DNA of 64,000 nucleotides from Oculina patagonica (GCF_052425735.1 NC_135770.1:21824001-21888000); one strand, 5' to 3'; numbered from the stretch's first letter, positions 48,840-60,938 are shown. Numbers and translations are program-made. Notes: a model not told the origin generated them from the letters alone.

Positions 48840-50909
48840 TTATCCCATGACTACATCTACTCTGGATGAAACTTTCTTGCAACCTGATACTGAAAAGAAT
48901 TCATATTTTGCAGGGAAGTACTCCATCTGATCTGCAATCTCTTTAACTAATGCCTCTTTTACGAGGAAATCTTTCTTGCCGAGATCCCTCCTGATACACT
49001 GCTTAACATGTGTTCTCTCCAAAGGAAGAAATGGGACTAAGTGATCAATGACTTCTGATTTCAAAAGGTCTGCAAACCAAACGTCTGGCATACTCTTGGC
49101 GATGTTATGGAAAATAATTTCCAGTTCACTTAATGTAAGAGATTCTCGCAATTTTCCCTCAAGAACATGCTTCAGTACATGCTGATTAATTGCCTCACCA
49201 CCAGAATTGGACAGAAAAATAAATACCATATTTCCATGGCCAGACTCCGCTTTCTTACCTCGGTAGCCCAAGATGGCAGCTTTAATTGTGTCCATCATGC
49301 CAGGGTGAATTTTGTCCATCTCGTCAAATATAAACAAGCCCCCCTTTCTACATTGTGATATATTTCCTGTAATCCATCTCTGTAGCTGTTCATTGTAGAT
49401 TTCAACCTCAGATTCATGAGGGAAATGAAGTGGGATGATAAACTTGTGTACAAAGGGGCTGTGGGTCTTACGCTTGAAGAAATGTTCCGTAATAATATTG
49501 CTAACAAAGTTCTTGCCAATTCCAGTCCAACCGTGAAAGGACATTACAAGTGGTTTCTTGATGACCTTCTTGTTAAAGTGATTCTTCAGTGCTGAGGTGA
49601 CAATCTTCTGAGCAATGTGTTGACCATATAACTCGGCCTTGAGAGCAAGTCCAATGCCTGAAATATTCCTGCTGAATTCGCTCTCTAGGCAAAAGCCATG
49701 GGGGTTAACATGAAAGTATAATGATAACGATAATGCGCACAATGCAAAAAATATGCACATTTTCATATTAAAGCCCTTCTTAGGGCCTGACTCTTTTTGT
49801 GGTTCTTGATTGGCAGCATGTGGTTGTTGTGATGTCTCATTGTCTTTTTTTACAGGACGTTCTGTAGAATCACTATCCTCGTCATCACTAAAAGAAAACG
49901 TAGACGCTTTTTTCTTCAATAGCAAATGATTTCGAACAGCTGAATTTGGCACATAAATATCTCCATTTTTCTCAGAGCTTTTCTGGCAATCTGATTGGTT
50001 TCTGTAATTACCATGAGTATTGTTTATTTTACTACCAGATGGCTGATCACTGGCCGTTAAGTCAATAACTTCTATAGCTTTCGTCGTAGGCACTAAGCAG
50101 AGTTTGTCACTTTTCTGAACAGCATTCCGAGTTGTGGCAGGATTGCGCCTTTCACACCAATCACAATCAAATTCGTCTAGTGGAGTATTTCGCATGTTAG
50201 CATCGGCATAATCATCCAGGCAACTAAATAATCTTAACACATTGGTGCTTGATTTGCCGGCCACTTTCAATGATGAGCTACTAACTACTGGTGAACTGAA
50301 CTGCGTGTCGCCTTCAAAATTCAAGCCGCGGCTGAAACCGGTTTGACCGGTTTTACCAGTCTTCCCATGTCTATCAGACGGTCCTATATGAAGGTTTTCG
50401 TTGGGACTACTAAACGAGGGGCAAGACATGTGCCTTGATAAAGGGCTGAACAAATGGCTCTTCTTGGGGCTTTTGTTTGCTTCCTTAGCTTCTCGGATAT
50501 GCTTCGCGGCAAGGTTTCTTGTGAGGTCGATATCTTTAAGGCCAATAGCACGAGACCGCTTCCCTATCACAAGTGAACTTGACCTAGGAACGAGTTCCTT
50601 CGACGATTCTGTCGGTATACCGCCTTCTTGATATACCGTACTACCTTTTGAACGCAACGCAAGGCTAGTTGAAGGCGAAGAATGCGAAAATGAAGAGTTT
50701 TTCGCCCACGGAAAAGGCGACTCGAGTGAACTTGAGCTCGAGTCAGTTATGGCAATCACATTTGATTCGTGGTTCTCTTCGTCGGAATTAAAAGTCGGAT
50801 CATGATCGCTTTCTTGGCTTCGTGGACTCCACTCTTCTTCTTGTCTTTCTCGATACCACGAAGAATCTGCAGAAGAAAAATTCCTCTGGAAATGTGGTCT
50901 TGAAGACAT
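48840..50909 (-). CDS. Torsin-family AAA+ ATPase, type II membrane topology, intronless, 689 aa
   Basis: Ser-rich disordered N-terminus, TM segment MCIFFALCALSLSLYF, then LYGQHIA, Walker A HGWTGIGKN, Walker B FIFDEMDK, FIFLSN, LIDHLVPFLPLE-like VIDHLVPFLPLE, and C-terminal GCKKV. Confidence 0.92.
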   Translation of the reverse strand: MSSRPHFQRNFSSADSSWYRERQEEEWSPRSQESDHDPTFNSDEENHESNVIAITDSSSSSLESPFPWAKNSSFSHSSPSTSLALRSKGSTVYQEGGIPTESSKELVPRSSSLVIGKRSRAIGLKDIDLTRNLAAKHIREAKEANKSPKKSHLFSPLSRHMSCPSFSSPNENLHIGPSDRHGKTGKTGQTGFSRGLNFEGDTQFSSPVVSSSSLKVAGKSSTNVLRLFSCLDDYADANMRNTPLDEFDCDWCERRNPATTRNAVQKSDKLCLVPTTKAIEVIDLTASDQPSGSKINNTHGNYRNQSDCQKSSEKNGDIYVPNSAVRNHLLLKKKASTFSFSDDEDSDSTERPVKKDNETSQQPHAANQEPQKESGPKKGFNMKMCIFFALCALSLSLYFHVNPHGFCLESEFSRNISGIGLALKAELYGQHIAQKIVTSALKNHFNKKVIKKPLVMSFHGWTGIGKNFVSNIITEHFFKRKTHSPFVHKFIIPLHFPHESEVEIYNEQLQRWITGNISQCRKGGLFIFDEMDKIHPGMMDTIKAAILGYRGKKAESGHGNMVFIFLSNSGGEAINQHVLKHVLEGKLRESLTLSELEIIFHNIAKSMPDVWFADLLKSEVIDHLVPFLPLERTHVKQCIRRDLGKKDFLVKEALVKEIADQMEYFPAKYEFFSVSGCKKVSSRVDVVMG

Positions 50910-51989
50910 CTTATTTCTCGGCGTTTTTCAGTGAATTCGAAGAAACTTGAAACGAAACATGTTCCCGCCGCAAAATGAAGAGAGAGCCTGGGGACATGTC
51001 CACTTACTGAATAGTGATTGGCCTAGAGGACTTCATGAAGTTTATCGTAAGGTTTGTGGGGAGGGTGGGGGCGCAATTTCTTTTATGTAACGTTAGATTT
51101 TTTTCAGCATTGATATTTGCAAGAATTGTTTACCAACATAATCATGTGCAAGATTTTATTTTTTGCATGTTTACCAGGTGGGGCTTGCTCGATTTTTTCC
51201 CGTGCTTTCTTGTGCATGATTTTTCCCCCTACTTTTCTTGTGCAAGAATTTTTCATAATTTCCTTACCCTGCTCCCCTGAGTTAGGGATCCTCAGTTCTG
51301 GATTGGAGAGACCCAAGCCATACGCACCACAAAGCAAAACTGGAAGTCCAGAGGGGTGGGATGGGGGCCCAAACAAAAACACTATAGCTAGGGGTATGAA
51401 TATTCTCTTGAACAACACAATATTATAAAGTGTATGGATCAATGCATGGTTGGAAGGAAAAAACAGTTATTATTGTTGATATCGGTAATGTAACCCAGTG
51501 CTTGAAATACCATGTGTTATCATTGGCCTCTTTGTACATTTAGTTCAGATGTCCTTTTGGCTTGCTATAAATTTTTTACATAATGCCTGGTCATTACAAG
51601 AAAATCTTGCCAGCTCAGCAGCCAATCAGAGTGCGTACAGTCTATTGTAGCCATATAATAAATAATCTGTGATTTCAAAGGGTTAAAAACCACAAAATTA
51701 AAACAAGTTATATTGATTGCAATAATTTGTATATTAAATATAAATACAAGTAAAAAATTTACACTAATTGCTGTTGATAGTACAACAGGAACTGTTCTGT
51801 GATATTTTTTATCATTAAATTTACAGTCAAGAATAGTTCCATTTTTTACAATCTTGTGATTATAAATAACCTAAAACGACCCTTATTCCTGAACTGAATG
51901 AATGACATAACTGTAGACACTGGTAAACTATTCCGCTGCAAAATTATCTTCTAGAAATATACAGCGGGTAACATCTTTGTTTGACTTAA

Positions 51990-53743
51990 GGTGGTACATA
52001 TGGCTAAAATGCGTCTAAAAAGAGCCCATTTTAAGATATTTTATTAACTTTGTTTAAATCCCTAAATTCACTATTCTATCGTAATTTTTACCGTAGAATC
52101 CAAATTTGAATTCAAATTTTTCGATTTCCGGTCATAAAGGTGTGAAAATTGACACCTTAAAATGTCACTCAAAATAATAATTACTTTATTTTCTCCATTT
52201 CTTTTCTTTGAATAGCTTTCTTCTTTGTACTATCAAATACCTGTATAAAAACAATTCTTCTGTGACTTAGCCGACATCCAGTTGTTATTCCTACGGAAAA
52301 TAATCGACCATCACTAAACCAGTCACGTGTCATATCATAATCGGGCATAATATCGATCCGATGCTACGAAAAATGTCGGCTAAGTCAGGAAACTTAGCTC
52401 CATTTGTGTGTATTAACTCTGCCAAATTTCACAAGAATTCAATAAAACGCATGGAAAATATTTCTATTTTCGTCTCACACATGCTGAGAATCCGTCGAAT
52501 TTTGCCTGTTTTTGTGGCTTCGTTCGCAGAATTCTTGTCCGCCATGTTTGTTTTCGGTTGTCCATGCTGCATTGGCTTCTGGGTCACGTATTTCGTGGAA
52601 GAAACGAAGAAAATGACGTATTTCGAGCGTGCTACGTGTCCTCGAGAGAAACAAAAGGAGAGACCCTAGCAACCGCCATAAACAATGGCACTGCGATCCT
52701 TTTGTCAGCGGTAACAATGCGCAGTTGCCATTACGCATAAGCATCGCGCGTGTTCGAGTAAACATATCGAGTGCACACGCAAGGGTATTTAGATGCTTCG
52801 CCGTGGCGATTCACGTTCTGCTGTTTGTCTGCCTATAATCTTGTAATTTTTTCGGTGGAAATAGTTTGTGAAGGATAAGCGAAATATCCTGCGACGACAG
52901 TGGCGTTCTCTTGTGTTTACAGCACACACAAAAGGAGTTGGACGCGCGTATAAGTTAATTTTCGTACGATCGATCGCGACAAGATGAAAAGTATTCTGGC
53001 TGGTTCGATTGCTTCATTAGCTGGAAAGAATTCAAAGATGTTTCCGAACCGTTTTTTCGTGTAGTACGTGAAGTTTATTCTTTGCTGTTATGGCCTAATC
53101 AACATTCGATTTTAGCTTAAAAGCCCACGTCGAGAAAACATCCCACGAAGACATTCAGTTGTGGATTGGCCGGGGATATATTCATAATGAACCAAGATCG
53201 ATCTGGCGGTTAATACTTATGAAGATACTCTAATAAAGGTGGAATTATTTTCGCCGAAATGGCCATGTAAGTACTTGCAAGATAAACTGGTCTAAACTTA
53301 CATCTCTCAATTGACTTGTCAGCTTTTATTTGCTGGTCGCGGTACGCTTTTCGTTGTGTGATTGTGTCCATGTCCCGGCACGGGTTGTTTATACATTTAG
53401 CTTCACCATTTGATATATTAAAGTATTATGAAAGAATATATTGGTATTCGCTGTTGTTATAGCTGGTTGTTTTAGATTTAACTGAGCTTTCAATGCCTGT
53501 TGCTTTGCTGTAGCTTCGATGGCATCCTGCAGTTCGCGAGACCGGAAGCGAGTAAACACGCAAAATTTCAAAATGGCGGCTCAAAATGGCGGACCTGACA
53601 ACGAATTTTAATCTTCGCTTTCTCCAAAAAAAAGCGGACAGCGAGCGTCTACTCCGAAAATAACAACATAACTACACAAAAGGTACAATATAAGCCAAAC
53701 TGCGAGAAAAATTATTTTTTGCGCTTCAGCCATATGTACCACC
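51990..53743. mobile_element. Non-autonomous TTAA-specific DNA transposon (Kolobok-like), 1.75 kb
   Basis: TTAA-ggtggtacatatggct ... agccatatgtaccacc-TTAA; perfect 16-bp TIR; no transposase ORF. Confidence 0.8.
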
Positions 53744-53944
53744 TTAAGTGCCATTATGACCCATAGTAAGTAACATTGGTATTGAACCCAACATGACCAC
53801 CAAACTTTCAAACTTTCAGGGGCATTAGACAAATATTCATTTCTTGTCAACAGAAAATGGGTGTAAAAAGTTATGATTTGAGATCAATAGCCCACTTTGC
53901 AATATTAGCTAGCAATGTAGGTCTGCAATGTGTGCAAAAAGGCT

Positions 53945-54260
53945 ATATACTAGTTATGCAACGCTTTCGAGTGGTATACCATGGAATATCCCACGAGTCA
54001 CTTGTATTTTCGCGGTATACATACGAGCCTTTAGGCGAGTGTGTAAACGAAGAAAATACAAGTGACAAGTGGGATATTCCATGGTATACCACGAGAAAGT
54101 GTTGTGTAACTATTTTATACCATGCCATAGAAAATACGCTAACTAAATTTGCCGGGACAAAAGATCGCAGTGCGCGATGGGAAGGCTGAGTTGAATACCG
54201 TCGAATATACAACAGCTTTTCTGTACTCTGATTGGCTGTATTTTCTATGGCATGGTATAA
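53945..54260. repeat. Palindromic MITE-like repeat
   Basis: Internal inversion gtggtataccatggaatatcccac..cacttgtatttt / aaaatacaagtg..gtgggatattccatggtataccac. Confidence 0.65.
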
Positions 54261-54735
54261 AACGTTATAGCCCTCTGCAAATATTGCTGCACTATGCTGC
54301 TCACCAATATAAATTGTTTACAGTGGTATCCCAAATTCTCAAACCTCTTGATAACTCAAACCTAAAGTCATTTTCCTTCAATTTGCTTCACTCATTTGAA
54401 CATTGCAATTTAACCCTGACTTCCTCGACCTCCCAAAAACTTCTTGTTTCACTTGATGGTATGAGAAGTAGAATCCCGATTTCTCCAGTTCTGTTTTTTA
54501 TTTCTTGAACTATAACTCAATCCAAAAGTGGTTTCTCTTCCCTCAGGAAAAGACTGCAATTTTACCAAAAAAATTTTCAAACTTCCCGAATTCTCAAACC
54601 AATTTTTTTTGTTTCCTTTGGAGGTTCAAGAAAAGGATTCCCCTGTAATAAAAAAAAATAAAAAAAAAATAGAACTCAAATAAAACAAAATAATAATTAG
54701 TATGACTATAATTATATAATAAAAATTATTAGCCA

Positions 54736-54891
54736 CCTTGCCCCCGTTGTTCGAGGGGTGGATAACGCTATCCACCGAATGAATAAATCACTATCCAGTG
54801 GATAGCGTAGTATGTTTTGTCAACACTTATCCGCTGGATAGCGATTTATCCGGTGGATAGCATTATCCACCCTTTTAACAACCGGGGCCTG
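54736..54891. mobile_element. Short MITE with tatcc/ggata repeats
   Basis: Ends gcccccgttgtt..ggtggataacgctatccacc / ggtggatagcattatccacc..aacaaccggggc. Confidence 0.65.
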
Positions 54892-54936
54892 ATGTATTAA
54901 ACCGCAAGTTTCTTCGATCTATCAGTAAAATTTATT

Positions 54937-55638
54937 TCAAAGTTTCCTTATAGGATTTAAATCCGGAATGATATGATCGGGATTGACATCGTCTTTTGAG
55001 AAGTCGCTGCAAAACCTGTCAACAATTAATGATCTCATTCCCTGTTTAATAGCTGGTTTATAATCCAAGTCAACGTTATCACCAACATGAAGAGCTTGTC
55101 CAGGCTTCACATCAAAATGAGATAAAACAAGCTCAAAAATCTCTGGTGATGGTTTATACGTCCCAACATCGAAAGAACACGCAATAAAACTGAAGTAGTC
55201 TTTCAAATGCAGACTTTCAAGAATGACATCAAGCCGTTCGTCAAAATTGGATATAACGGCTAAATGGTAGTTTCTTTTCTTTAAATGATCCAACACACCA
55301 AAAGTTTCAGGATAAACTTGCCAGTGAGAGCCAGTTGAAAATTCTCTGTACAACACAGAAGAAATGCTGGCTAACGTTGCTTCATCGTGGTATCCAGCGC
55401 AACGGAAAGTTTGTGTCACCACTCCATGCCACCATTTTTCGGCCGTTTTTGAACTTTTTGCACCAAAGTTTGGCATTGTTTTGTAGAATTCTCGAAATGA
55501 GTGTTTAAACGAGTCGTTCAAAGGTTTAGGTTTGATGTCGACACCAAAACGAGCCGCCACATTGCTGTAAAGCTCTCCAGGTGAGCCTCGAACATGGAAT
55601 AGCGTATTACAAGCGTCAAATGTGATTAATCGTAACAT
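54937..55638 (-). CDS. HDHD3: HAD-like hydrolase HDHD3 / Reg-2-like, intronless, 233 aa
   Basis: MLRLITFDACNTL (motif I), PNFG, WW, AVISNFDERL (II), KPSPEIF (III), ALHVGDNVDLDY (IV). Confidence 0.9.
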   Translation of the reverse strand: MLRLITFDACNTLFHVRGSPGELYSNVAARFGVDIKPKPLNDSFKHSFREFYKTMPNFGAKSSKTAEKWWHGVVTQTFRCAGYHDEATLASISSVLYREFSTGSHWQVYPETFGVLDHLKKRNYHLAVISNFDERLDVILESLHLKDYFSFIACSFDVGTYKPSPEIFELVLSHFDVKPGQALHVGDNVDLDYKPAIKQGMRSLIVDRFCSDFSKDDVNPDHIIPDLNPIRKL

Positions 55639-55756
55639 GCTGCCAATAAAAACACCAATAAAGCTTTTCACTTCAACGACCTTCAACTAGTCGCCATCGT
55701 AGACGCCATCTTCTTTTCAACTACTCTGAAAAGACTGGGGCCTAATTCGAATGAAA

Positions 55757-58108
55757 CACAGGCGGCCCAAGCTCACAATTAGAGGAGTTAAAATATTTAA
55801 GGTCACGGGGGATACCACAGCATGAATAAATTGAAGCGAAATTGCTTGACCTGCATCTAGAAACGCTAATTTCTCAGTGTATGGGTGCGATAGCCTGCGA
55901 GCTGGCGGTATGCTCAAATACAGAAACATAAAGAAACGATGAAAGATTGTGAAAGTCGTCATTTGGTAGATTCGGCGAGATAGCCTGAGTGCAAAGGAAA
56001 AACATGAGGGAGACAGCACACAGATCCCACCAGTCCCCAGAGTGAACAGAAGCGGATTAAAGTTTGGCAGCGAATGCGGATGCGAAATGCCACCCAGCGC
56101 CCCCACACACGACCGCACTAGTGGGAGCCCCGAGTCGAGATCCGAGTGTCCGACACGACGCCACGGAGAATCAGGACGGAACTAGGAAAAGACCCCGCAG
56201 GAAAAAGAAGGCTCCGCGCACGCACCCCCCAAAGCCGGGACTGGGCCCGCGAGAAGAAACAACAGGCCACCCAGTTAATAAAAAACTAGACAAAGACCAT
56301 TCAACGTCAAAACCACAGCGCAGAAAAAAATAAATACAACCGGTCTATTGCATAACTCTCCTTTCCAAATAAGCATAGTTTCAAGATTTTAATTAATATA
56401 AACAAAACAGACTATCCACGCGAAAAAACGGTCAAAAGAATTCATTTATGCCTACTCATCAAAATAATAATTAAAATTTTAATTTTTCTGGTAAATGATT
56501 AGCACTTGTCAAAAATTTCAAAATCGTACAAAAACACACAAATCACGCAAGCTTTCGAATGCGTGACTAAAAGTATTACCACCGTATTTTTCTTTAAATA
56601 ATTAGTCGCAACACTAGCACAAGGCATAAATCATAATAAATATGTTCACCTTTGCTTGATTATGATATCCTGTCCCATGCAATACGTTTTTTCCTGTCAT
56701 TTCTTCAATGGCTTCCCGTTCAGTTCGCATGCCGCTTGTCGAATCGTTGCGAGGTGAATGAAGCCCGAAGATTTAACCAAATATGTATCGTCATGAAACA
56801 AGCCCTGACTGATAAACCATATTCAGGTTAAGCCGGCAAACTCGATAAGCCACGCAGTGCTTGGCCCCGAACCAAGTGAAGTATAATGCAATGAGAAAGC
56901 GTGAATTTTATACAAAGTAAATTTAGATGAATCAAAGATTGGGATATAAGGATAAAGAAGACCGGGAGTAGATCCTTCTTTAGATTGTGTGAGGGATCGG
57001 AAGGATGGGAGGAGAAAAGGAGAGAGAGGAAAAGTTAGGATCGTTGCAAATTGAAAAAAAAAAATCACGCAAGGAAAAAAAAAGAAAGATACCAAAAAAG
57101 ACTTTATATTTTAGTTTTTTTTTATTTTACTAAAAAAAAAATTTACACCCCAATTTTCAAACATGATCGTCTAAAAATTGACCCTCCTCACCCCCCCCTA
57201 GTTAAAAAATGTCACGCTTTTAGTGAAATGGGCCAAGGAATAGATAGTTTAAGTGAGTATTAAATGAAATGAAAAGAATTAATTAATCATAATATAATAA
57301 AAGGAAGTAAAGCATTGAAGGAAAGAAATAATGGAAAGGAAATGAGATTTTTTGATTGAAACGATAATCATTTTCAACATTGTACCCCCACGAGTAGAAA
57401 GATAAATCAAAAGATAATATTGAAGAAAAAACAACATAACGTTTTTAGTTTTAATAAGGACTACCTTCATGCAAAGGATAAGCGAACAATTTTTCATAGC
57501 ATTACCGAACGTTGTCGGATTCTTCTACAAATCTCCTCTTAACATAATTCTCTTTTGTAACCGTATGCGAAACGTGACTCTCGACCGGCAGCATATGGAG
57601 GTGTTGTGTTACAACGGTTCTCATTTATAAAGGTTTGTATGGGAGAATACGCTTTCGAATTTATAGCTAAATATAATGAGATTTTGACAATAAAATCAAC
57701 TTACCTCAATGTCCTGTCGTTATGTCTGTTGTTATCTTGGTTCTCAGGCCGATCCGAGGCGTTTTAAGCGAGTTATGCAATTTTTGGTTTCCACTGCTAC
57801 TTCTTCTTAGCAGTGGAAACCAAAAATTGCATAACTCGCTTAAAACGCCTCGGATCGGCCTGAGAACCAAGATAACAACAGACATAACGACAGGACATTG
57901 AGGTAAGTTGATTTTATTGTCAAAATCTCATTATATTTAGCTATAAATTCGAAAGCGTATTCTCCCATACAAACCTTTATAAATGAGAACCGTTGTAACA
58001 CAACACCTCCATATGCTGCCGGTCGAGAGTCACGTTTCGCATACGGTTACAAAAGAGAATTATGTTAAATATTTTAACTCCTCTAATTGTGAGCTTGGGC
58101 CGCCTGTG
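55757..58108. mobile_element. Palindromic (foldback) non-autonomous element, P-element-like, with a 1.74-kb interruption in the left arm
   Basis: Termini CACAGGCGG...CCGCCTGTG with 7-bp TSD AATGAAA. The left arm is 55757-55800 plus 57539-57799; the right arm is 57808-58108; the arms are essentially perfect reverse complements. Confidence 0.85.
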
Positions 58109-58884
58109 AATGAAAGAGCTTTGAGGAGCTGGAGATTGGGTTAGAAGTGGGGGGGGGGGGGGGTGGGATAAGGGGGTTCACCTTGGTCAAAAAGCTTTTC
58201 TTTCTATTTCGGCGAATTTCGTTTATATTGAAGTGTTAGTATGAGCAAGGATGGATTAAATTTTTGCTGAGTGTAAACATATAGGTAAACGGTTTTACTT
58301 TTTTTAACACATCCAAATCAAAGTGCTTTGACAAATGGCGCCGACAAGTCCGCATATCGTTATTTTCAAACACGTAGAACTTTTTAAGTAAAGCTAAAAA
58401 AAAAACTAAGTAAATCCTCAGGATACCGGTAATGTATCAAACTTTGAACTGCGAAAATTAAAACCTTGGGCTTTATCAGTGGAGTTTGAAGTACTTTTCT
58501 TTCTTTTTTTGCATATTTCTGTCGTTCGGACCGTGGTCAGGGTGGGGGAGGCCACCGAACGACTGGAACAAGCTACGAAAGGGCGGCCGGTTCTGGACGG
58601 GGACCAAAAAAAGTACAGACCACTAAATAGACGGGTTTTCCATCTCCTTCTTATCTCAAAATATCGATATATGACGCGCAAACCCGGAGACGCAGACAGC
58701 CGATCAGCTAGCTAGTGTGCCAACCTCGTGAGACCACCTGTCTAAAATGACCGAGCTGTACTTTAGTAAAACCAAAGGCACTGCAATTTCTTTCAGCTGA
58801 AACAGCGCTACGATAAGCTAGACCTGACATGCTTAGCGCCAAAAACCAGAACAGGGGCTCGTCAGCAAAGAAGTGTAGGTTTTT

Positions 58885-59441
58885 GTCGAGGGTCGAGGGT
58901 AAACTGTCGAGGGTCGAGGGTAAAATGTTGAGGGTCGAGGGTAAAATGTCGAGGGTCGAGGGTAAAATGTCGAGGGTCGCGAGTAAAATGTTGAGGGTCG
59001 CGAGTAAATTGTTGAGGGTCGAGGGTAAACTGTCGAGGGTCAAGGGTAAAATGTTGAGGGTCGAGGGTAAACTGTCGAGGGTCGCGAGTAAACTGTCGAG
59101 GGTCAAGGGTTAAATGTTGAGGGTCGAGGGTAAACTGTCGAGGGTCGAGGGTAAAATGTCGAGGGTCGCGAGTAAAATGTTGAGGGTCGAGGGTAAACTG
59201 TTGAGGGTCGAGGGTAAACTGTCGAGGCTCGAGGGTAAAATGTTCAGGGTCGAGGGTCGAGGGTAAACTGTCGAGGGTCGAGGGTAAAATGTTCAGGGTC
59301 GAGGGTAAACTGTCGAGGGTCGGGGGTAAAATCTTGAGGGTCGAGGGTAAACTGTCGAGGGTAAAATGTTCAGGGTCGAGGGTAAACTGTCGAGGGTTGC
59401 GAGTAAAATGTTGAGGGTCGAGGGTAAAATGTCGAGGGTTC
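58885..59441. repeat. Minisatellite with a 21-bp unit built from 7-mers (gagggtc-gagggta-aaatgtt/aactgtc)
   Basis: About 26 tandem units are directly visible. Confidence 0.95.
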
Positions 59442-60144
59442 ATGATCCAGAATGTCGGCGATTTGCTTATTGTCGTCTATTGGTTATATTTTTTATTATT
59501 ACTTTTTAATACTTCCCACCTTTCTTGCAAGGTATCTTGCCTTTCAGTGCAAGTTCATCCTGGTTCCCTCTTGTGGCTCTGTGTTCGTTTACATGAAACC
59601 ATCATAAAATGTCATACTGGAGCGAGTCACACTGGCACAAGTTGACCCCGGCTGCTGCACAAGAGCGAGATTTTCATCCCGGTACGAAGATTCATTCCGG
59701 TGTCATGTAAACAAGGTTTGACTCAGCTGATGACTGTTCTTTTCATATTCTTTTTTACGGCAGTATAAAACTCACACCCCAATAAAAAAGGCTTATGTCA
59801 ACATGGTATAACTATTTCATCTCGCACCGAAATGAAAGTCGCGCCGGTATCGTTTAAACACCCCCTAAATAACTAAATGACGGACAGTCCAATATTTTAT
59901 GTGTCAAATTCCTTAGTTTTACGAAATTTGTTCATGTTGTTACCTGTTGTTAACCACAATTATTTCGTCTTCTACTCGTACCTTATGCAAAATAGTCGGT
60001 AGATCTCGAAGAGATGTTTGATTTTACTAGTGTAATGTTCTCTAGGCCGCAATGATACCATCACCAGTACAGGCTAATATCACGTTCTGATGCGCCGCAA
60101 TTTACTTTTGTGTGCGTGCTAATTACGTCCAAAAATACTCATTA

Positions 60145-60507
60145 AAGGCGAGGTTATACAGAACGATCTTTAACAGAGATTTTTAATCCATGTTACAAGG
60201 AACAATTTTTAACGCAACATTATTGTTGCGGCAAAGGCATGTTACACGGGACGATTTTTTTACCCAACATTGCGCGCGTGAGCACTTACGTCAGAAAATT
60301 GCAACAAAAATTGACGGCAAAGGTGTTACGCGAATTAACTCCAAAAAATTACGGGATTTAAATCGCTTTCAAGTTCCGTAACAGGTTGCCGCAACAAAAT
60401 GTTCCGTTAAAAATCGTCCGGCGCACCATGTTACACGGCGACGATATTTAACGCAACAATGTTGCGTTTATATTCGTTGTTAAAAATCTTGCCATGTAAC
60501 ACCACCT
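60145..60507. mobile_element. MITE-like element with (cat)gttacacg..acgat repeats
   Basis: Imperfect inverted ends aggcgaggttataca / tgtaaccacct with TAA flanks. Confidence 0.55.
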
Positions 60508-60938
60508 TAAGAACCACGTGTTTCAATTTTCTGTTCCAATTTCTTTTGCAATGTTCTCTGGGTCGCATTGATACTTTCACGAATACAGGCCAAATTTACC
60601 TTTTCGTTGCGCCGCTATTTTTTCTGTGCACGCGCTAATTACGCCTGAAACTTATACCCATTAAAGATAAACTTATGCCATTGAGGAAACTTATGCCCAT
60701 TAAGGATAAATTTATGCTATTGTGGAAACTTATGCCCATTAAGAATGCGCAATAGCATACTAGTACTAAGAAATTACCTTAAACACAATTCAATAGCACA
60801 GAACATAAACTGATTTAAGGAAACGAACTTCAACACTTTTATTTGGTATGAAGGATCACAAAATTCTTTCCTGTTTTGTTATTTCTCAATTCATATAAAT
60901 GACAATTTAAGACCTTTACCGCAATACCTGTGAAAGAA

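Noticed and set aside
58885-59441. CRISPR-like array
   Set aside because: The units are contiguous with no unique spacers, the context is eukaryotic, and there are no cas genes.
58708-59443. ORFs of 94-193 aa with TLDP/SRVEGK repeats
   Set aside because: They are stop-free translations of a 21-bp satellite in several frames.
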